Assembly: GCA_963798915.1 (NCBI GenBank)
Contig: CAWCVB010000006.1
Location: 384,001-448,000 of the forward strand
Direction of reading: 5' to 3'
Source: an uncultured Gemmatimonadales bacterium
GTDB lineage: Bacteria > Gemmatimonadota > Gemmatimonadetes > Gemmatimonadales > GWC2-71-9
DNA: 64,000 bases
In this document: positions 60,885-64,000 of the stretch, one piece after another
Position numbering within the stretch: the first letter of the stretch is position 1
Layout of the letters: each line of letters starts with the position of its first letter
The notes under the pieces: generated by a model
The model's input: only the letters and a program-made list of their open reading frames with translations
What the model was told of the DNA's origin: nothing
Databases searched by the model: none
Translations under genes and position numbers: made by a program

Positions 60885-62129
60885 ATGCCCCTGACCGAAG
60901 CCCTGCGGCTGGCCCTGCAGACCATCGCCTCCAGCAAGCTCCGATCATTCTTCACCCTTCTCGGCATCATTGTCAGCGTCGGATTCCTGGTCACGGTGGT
61001 GGCCATCATCCAGGGCATGAACGCTTATGTCCGCGAGAACCTGACGGGCGCCATCATCGGCACCAATGCCTTCCAGGTGCGACGCGACCCGATTCAGGTC
61101 GGACTTCTGAGTGACAGTACTGTGCGGGCCATCGCCAAGCGTCCCCGTATCACCCAGACAGACGCGGCGGCCATTGCGAGAGCGCTGCCCGATGCCCGCG
61201 CCGTGGCGCTTCAATCCGGCTGGCCGACTCCTTCCGCCGATGTGTCCTGGCGCTCCCAGCAACTGCGGAGCATCCTCACCTTCGGCGTCACTCCGGCGTA
61301 TCAGATTGTCCAGGACTATCAATTTCTCGTCGGGGAGCCGCTCACCGAACCGGATGTGGACCAGCGACGGCTGGTGGCGGTCATCGGTTATGACGTGGCG
61401 GAGAAGCTTTTCGGCGTGCCGGAGTCGGCGGTGGGCAAGCAGATCCGGGTGGCCGGGACACAGCTGACCGTCAAGGGGGTCATTGCCCGGAAGGGGCGGG
61501 TGCTGGGACAGAGCTTCGATTCCTTTGTGCTGCTGCCGCTCCCCACCTTCGAGAGCATCTTCGGCCGGAGACTCACGACCGTGGTCTCGGTCAAGATGCG
61601 CGACGCCGACCAGGTCGGGAACGGCATGGACCGGGCCGAGGAGGCCATGCGCGTGGCCCATCGCCTCCGGCCCAACGAGCCCGACGACTTCACCGTCGAC
61701 AAGGCCGATGCGCTGATGGCCTTCTGGGCGAGCCTGACCGGCCTCCTCTTTGCCATCATCCCCGCCATCGTCTGCATCGGGATCGTGGTCGGGGGCATTG
61801 TCATCATGAACATCATGCTCATGGCCGTGACGGAGCGGACCCACGAGATCGGTATCCGGAAAGCCCTGGGCGCGCGCCAGCGCGACATCCGCCGTCAGTT
61901 CCTGATCGAGGCGATCGTACTTTCGGCCCTGGGAGGCTTGATCGGAATCGCTGCCGGCTGGGGCCTGGCGCTGGTCATTGGCACCGTCTCACCGCTGCCG
62001 GCTCGAGTCACCGCCTGGAGCGTGGCCGTCGCACTGGCACTGGGAGCGGGCACGGGGATCCTCTTTGGCGTCTATCCGGCCGCGCGAGCCGCGCGGCTTG
62101 ATCCGATCGCGGCACTTCGCGCCGAATGA
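60885..62129 (+). CDS. MacB/FtsX-type ABC permease (type A')
   Basis: IMNIMLMAVTERTHEIGIRKALGA, LDPIAALRAE. Confidence 0.94.
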   Translation: MPLTEALRLALQTIASSKLRSFFTLLGIIVSVGFLVTVVAIIQGMNAYVRENLTGAIIGTNAFQVRRDPIQVGLLSDSTVRAIAKRPRITQTDAAAIARALPDARAVALQSGWPTPSADVSWRSQQLRSILTFGVTPAYQIVQDYQFLVGEPLTEPDVDQRRLVAVIGYDVAEKLFGVPESAVGKQIRVAGTQLTVKGVIARKGRVLGQSFDSFVLLPLPTFESIFGRRLTTVVSVKMRDADQVGNGMDRAEEAMRVAHRLRPNEPDDFTVDKADALMAFWASLTGLLFAIIPAIVCIGIVVGGIVIMNIMLMAVTERTHEIGIRKALGARQRDIRRQFLIEAIVLSALGGLIGIAAGWGLALVIGTVSPLPARVTAWSVAVALALGAGTGILFGVYPAARAARLDPIAALRAE

Positions 62130-63385
62130 GCATCGGCGTCCCGCATCGCCTGTTCCGGGCCATTGGCGAGGGCGTGTCCATCGCGCTCGATGCTCTCCGG
62201 TCCAACAAGCTTCGCAGCGCCCTCACCATTCTTGGGGTGGTCATCGGCGTGACGACGGTGATGGCCATGGCCAGCATCGTGCAGGGCGTGCGCTCGCAGA
62301 TTCTCAACAGCGTCGAAGTGGCCGGCCCGACCACGTTCTACGTCATGCGCTACTGGTCGCAGACACCGGTCGACCCGAACAACCTGCCATACGAAGTGCG
62401 CATCCGTCCGGTGCTGCGCTCCAGTGACGTCGCCGCCATCCGTCCCCTCACCGAGATCCGCTACGCCGGGCTCTGGGTCCAGATCTTCGAGCGCATTGAA
62501 TACCAGGGCAGCCGGACCCAGGTGATGACCATCTTTGCCGGCGACGACCACTACATGGACGTCCAAGGCGGCACCCTGCTTCGCGGGCGATTTTTCACCC
62601 GGGGAGAGCTTTCGGGCGATCCCGTGACGGTGCTGGAGCAGGAGGTGGCGACCAGGCTGTTCGGACGGATCGACCCCCTGGGGAAGATCGTCCGAATCGG
62701 TGGGAAGGCCCTGCGGGTGATCGGCATCTACGCCAAGCCGGACAATATCTTCGAGCCTCCGACACAGGAGATTGGCGCCATCATCCCCTACCAGATGGCC
62801 CGGCATAATTACCGCTACGATGAGACCAATGCCCTCTTCATCATCGTCAAGCCGAGGGACGGCGTTGCGGCCGACGTAGCGATGGACGTGGTGACTGCCG
62901 GCATCCGACGCGCCCGCGGTCTTCGGCCGGGAATGCCCAATACGTTTGACCTGATCGGCCAGGACAAGATCCTCGAGACGGTCAACAGCCTCACGTCCGT
63001 GTTCTTTCTGGTGATGGTGGCCCTTTCCAGTGTTGGGCTACTGGTGGGCGGCATCGGCGTCATGGCCATCATGATGGTATCGGTGACCAGCCGCACCCGG
63101 GAAATCGGACTTCGCAAGGCCCTGGGCGCCACGCGCCGGGAGATTCTCTGGCAATTCCTGGTCGAGGCCGCCACGCTCACCCTCACGGGCGGGCTGCTTG
63201 GCATTCTGCTCGGGATGGCGACGGGAGAAATTCTCAAGCGCGTGTTGGGCCTGGAGTCGTCGGTGCCGCTCTGGAGCGCCTTCGTGGCCACGGGAGTGAG
63301 CGTTGGCATCGGGCTGGTCTTCGGTCTCTTCCCGGCCAACCGTGCCGCCAGGATGGATCCGGTGGAGGCGTTGAGGTATGAGTAG
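62126..63385 (+). CDS. MacB/FtsX-type ABC permease (type B')
   Basis: SVTSRTREIGLRKALGA, MDPVEALRYE. Confidence 0.94.
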   Translation: MSIGVPHRLFRAIGEGVSIALDALRSNKLRSALTILGVVIGVTTVMAMASIVQGVRSQILNSVEVAGPTTFYVMRYWSQTPVDPNNLPYEVRIRPVLRSSDVAAIRPLTEIRYAGLWVQIFERIEYQGSRTQVMTIFAGDDHYMDVQGGTLLRGRFFTRGELSGDPVTVLEQEVATRLFGRIDPLGKIVRIGGKALRVIGIYAKPDNIFEPPTQEIGAIIPYQMARHNYRYDETNALFIIVKPRDGVAADVAMDVVTAGIRRARGLRPGMPNTFDLIGQDKILETVNSLTSVFFLVMVALSSVGLLVGGIGVMAIMMVSVTSRTREIGLRKALGATRREILWQFLVEAATLTLTGGLLGILLGMATGEILKRVLGLESSVPLWSAFVATGVSVGIGLVFGLFPANRAARMDPVEALRYE

Positions 63386-63484
63386 ACGGCTAGACGGCTA
63401 GACGGCTAGACGGCTAGTTTGCACGAGCAGAACTTCCTTGATCGAACCACAGGCCATCTAACCGTCCAGCCGCCCAGCCACCTA
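63383..63484. repeat. Inverted octamer tandem-repeat element 2
   Basis: 4x perfect TAGACGGC (63383-63414), 38-nt spacer, then GCCATCTA ACCGTCCA GCCGCCCA GCCACCTA (63453-63484). Confidence 0.9.
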
Positions 63485-63486
63485 TC

Positions 63487-64000
63487 GTGCCTACCGACCT
63501 CCTTGCCATCGCCGCCCACCGAGATGACGTCGAACTCACCTGCGGCGGCACGCTCATTCGTGCTATCGACCAGGGGTATACCGCCGGTATTCTCGACCTG
63601 ACTGCCGGCGAAACCGGCACGCGCGGCAGTGCGGACCTCCGGGCCCGGGAGGCCGACGAAGCGGCGCGCGTGATGGGTGTCGCAGAGCGGCGGAATGCTG
63701 GGCTGCCCGATGCGCATCTCGCGAACACCGATGCCATGAGGCGCGTGGTGGTCGAGGCGATCCGCCATTTTCAGCCTCGCACCGTGATCCTCCCCTTCCC
63801 CGTCGGCCGGCACCCTGACCACCGGGTGGCCTCCGACCTGGCGCGCGACGCGTGCTTCCTCGCCGGACTCGGGAAGTACGATGCCGACGGGGAGCCCCAC
63901 CGGCCGGACAAGATTCTCTATGCGCTCGCCTATCGGGAAGACCCGGTCAAGCCAACGTTCGTCGTCGATATCAGTGAGCAATTCGACCGAAAACTGCAGG
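63487..64000 (+). CDS. bshB1: Bacillithiol biosynthesis deacetylase BshB1 (PIG-L family), 3' truncated and absent from the ORF track
   Basis: Manual translation: VPTDLLAIAAHRDDVELTCGGTL...LDLTAGETGTRGS...GRHPDH. Confidence 0.88.
   Translation, partial: MPTDLLAIAAHRDDVELTCGGTLIRAIDQGYTAGILDLTAGETGTRGSADLRAREADEAARVMGVAERRNAGLPDAHLANTDAMRRVVVEAIRHFQPRTVILPFPVGRHPDHRVASDLARDACFLAGLGKYDADGEPHRPDKILYALAYREDPVKPTFVVDISEQFDRKLQ

Noticed and set aside
60794..63484. Octamer repeats as a CRISPR array or as IS ends flanking permeases A'-B'
   Set aside because: Units are 8 nt with no spacers and there are no cas or transposase genes. Each element is self-contained
1..64000. tRNA, rRNA, prophage or genomic island
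   Set aside because: Intergenic gaps are short, and I saw no cloverleaf motifs, integrase, phage genes or obvious composition shift by eye

Overview
High-GC (about two-thirds by eye), gene-dense bacterial core-chromosome segment. The gene repertoire (GWxTD protein, beta-propeller/Omp85 protein, short RpoD, 6-bladed propeller lipoprotein, BshB1, multi-permease MacB-type cluster) suggests a diderm of the Gemmatimonadota type; this is inference. About 50 CDS are present. Translation genes: ychF, rpsF-rpsR-DUF2232-rplI, rsfS, rpmE-prfA-prmC, arfB, sua5. Others include smc, aroF, lolA, ctpA, tmk, a Crp/MBL/HD-GYP signalling cluster, an NtrX-like activator and a distant NtrY-like kinase, larE-thpR, comM, an HExxH protein plus FtsH paralogue, a TolC-MacA-ATPase-4x permease cluster and a partial bshB1. 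I saw no rRNA, tRNA, CRISPR array, transposase or integrase. Five single-base frameshifts in three genes look like assembly indels. The most notable signals are: (1) two intergenic inverted octamer-repeat elements that start at the stop codons of the duplicated permease pairs and whose mismatches favour pairing on the antisense strand; (2) an A-B-A'-B' permease duplication served by one ATPase; (3) a candidate sigma54 operon pairing a membrane zincin with an FtsH that has an altered pore loop; (4) a creatininase homologue and an SMC with altered signature motifs.
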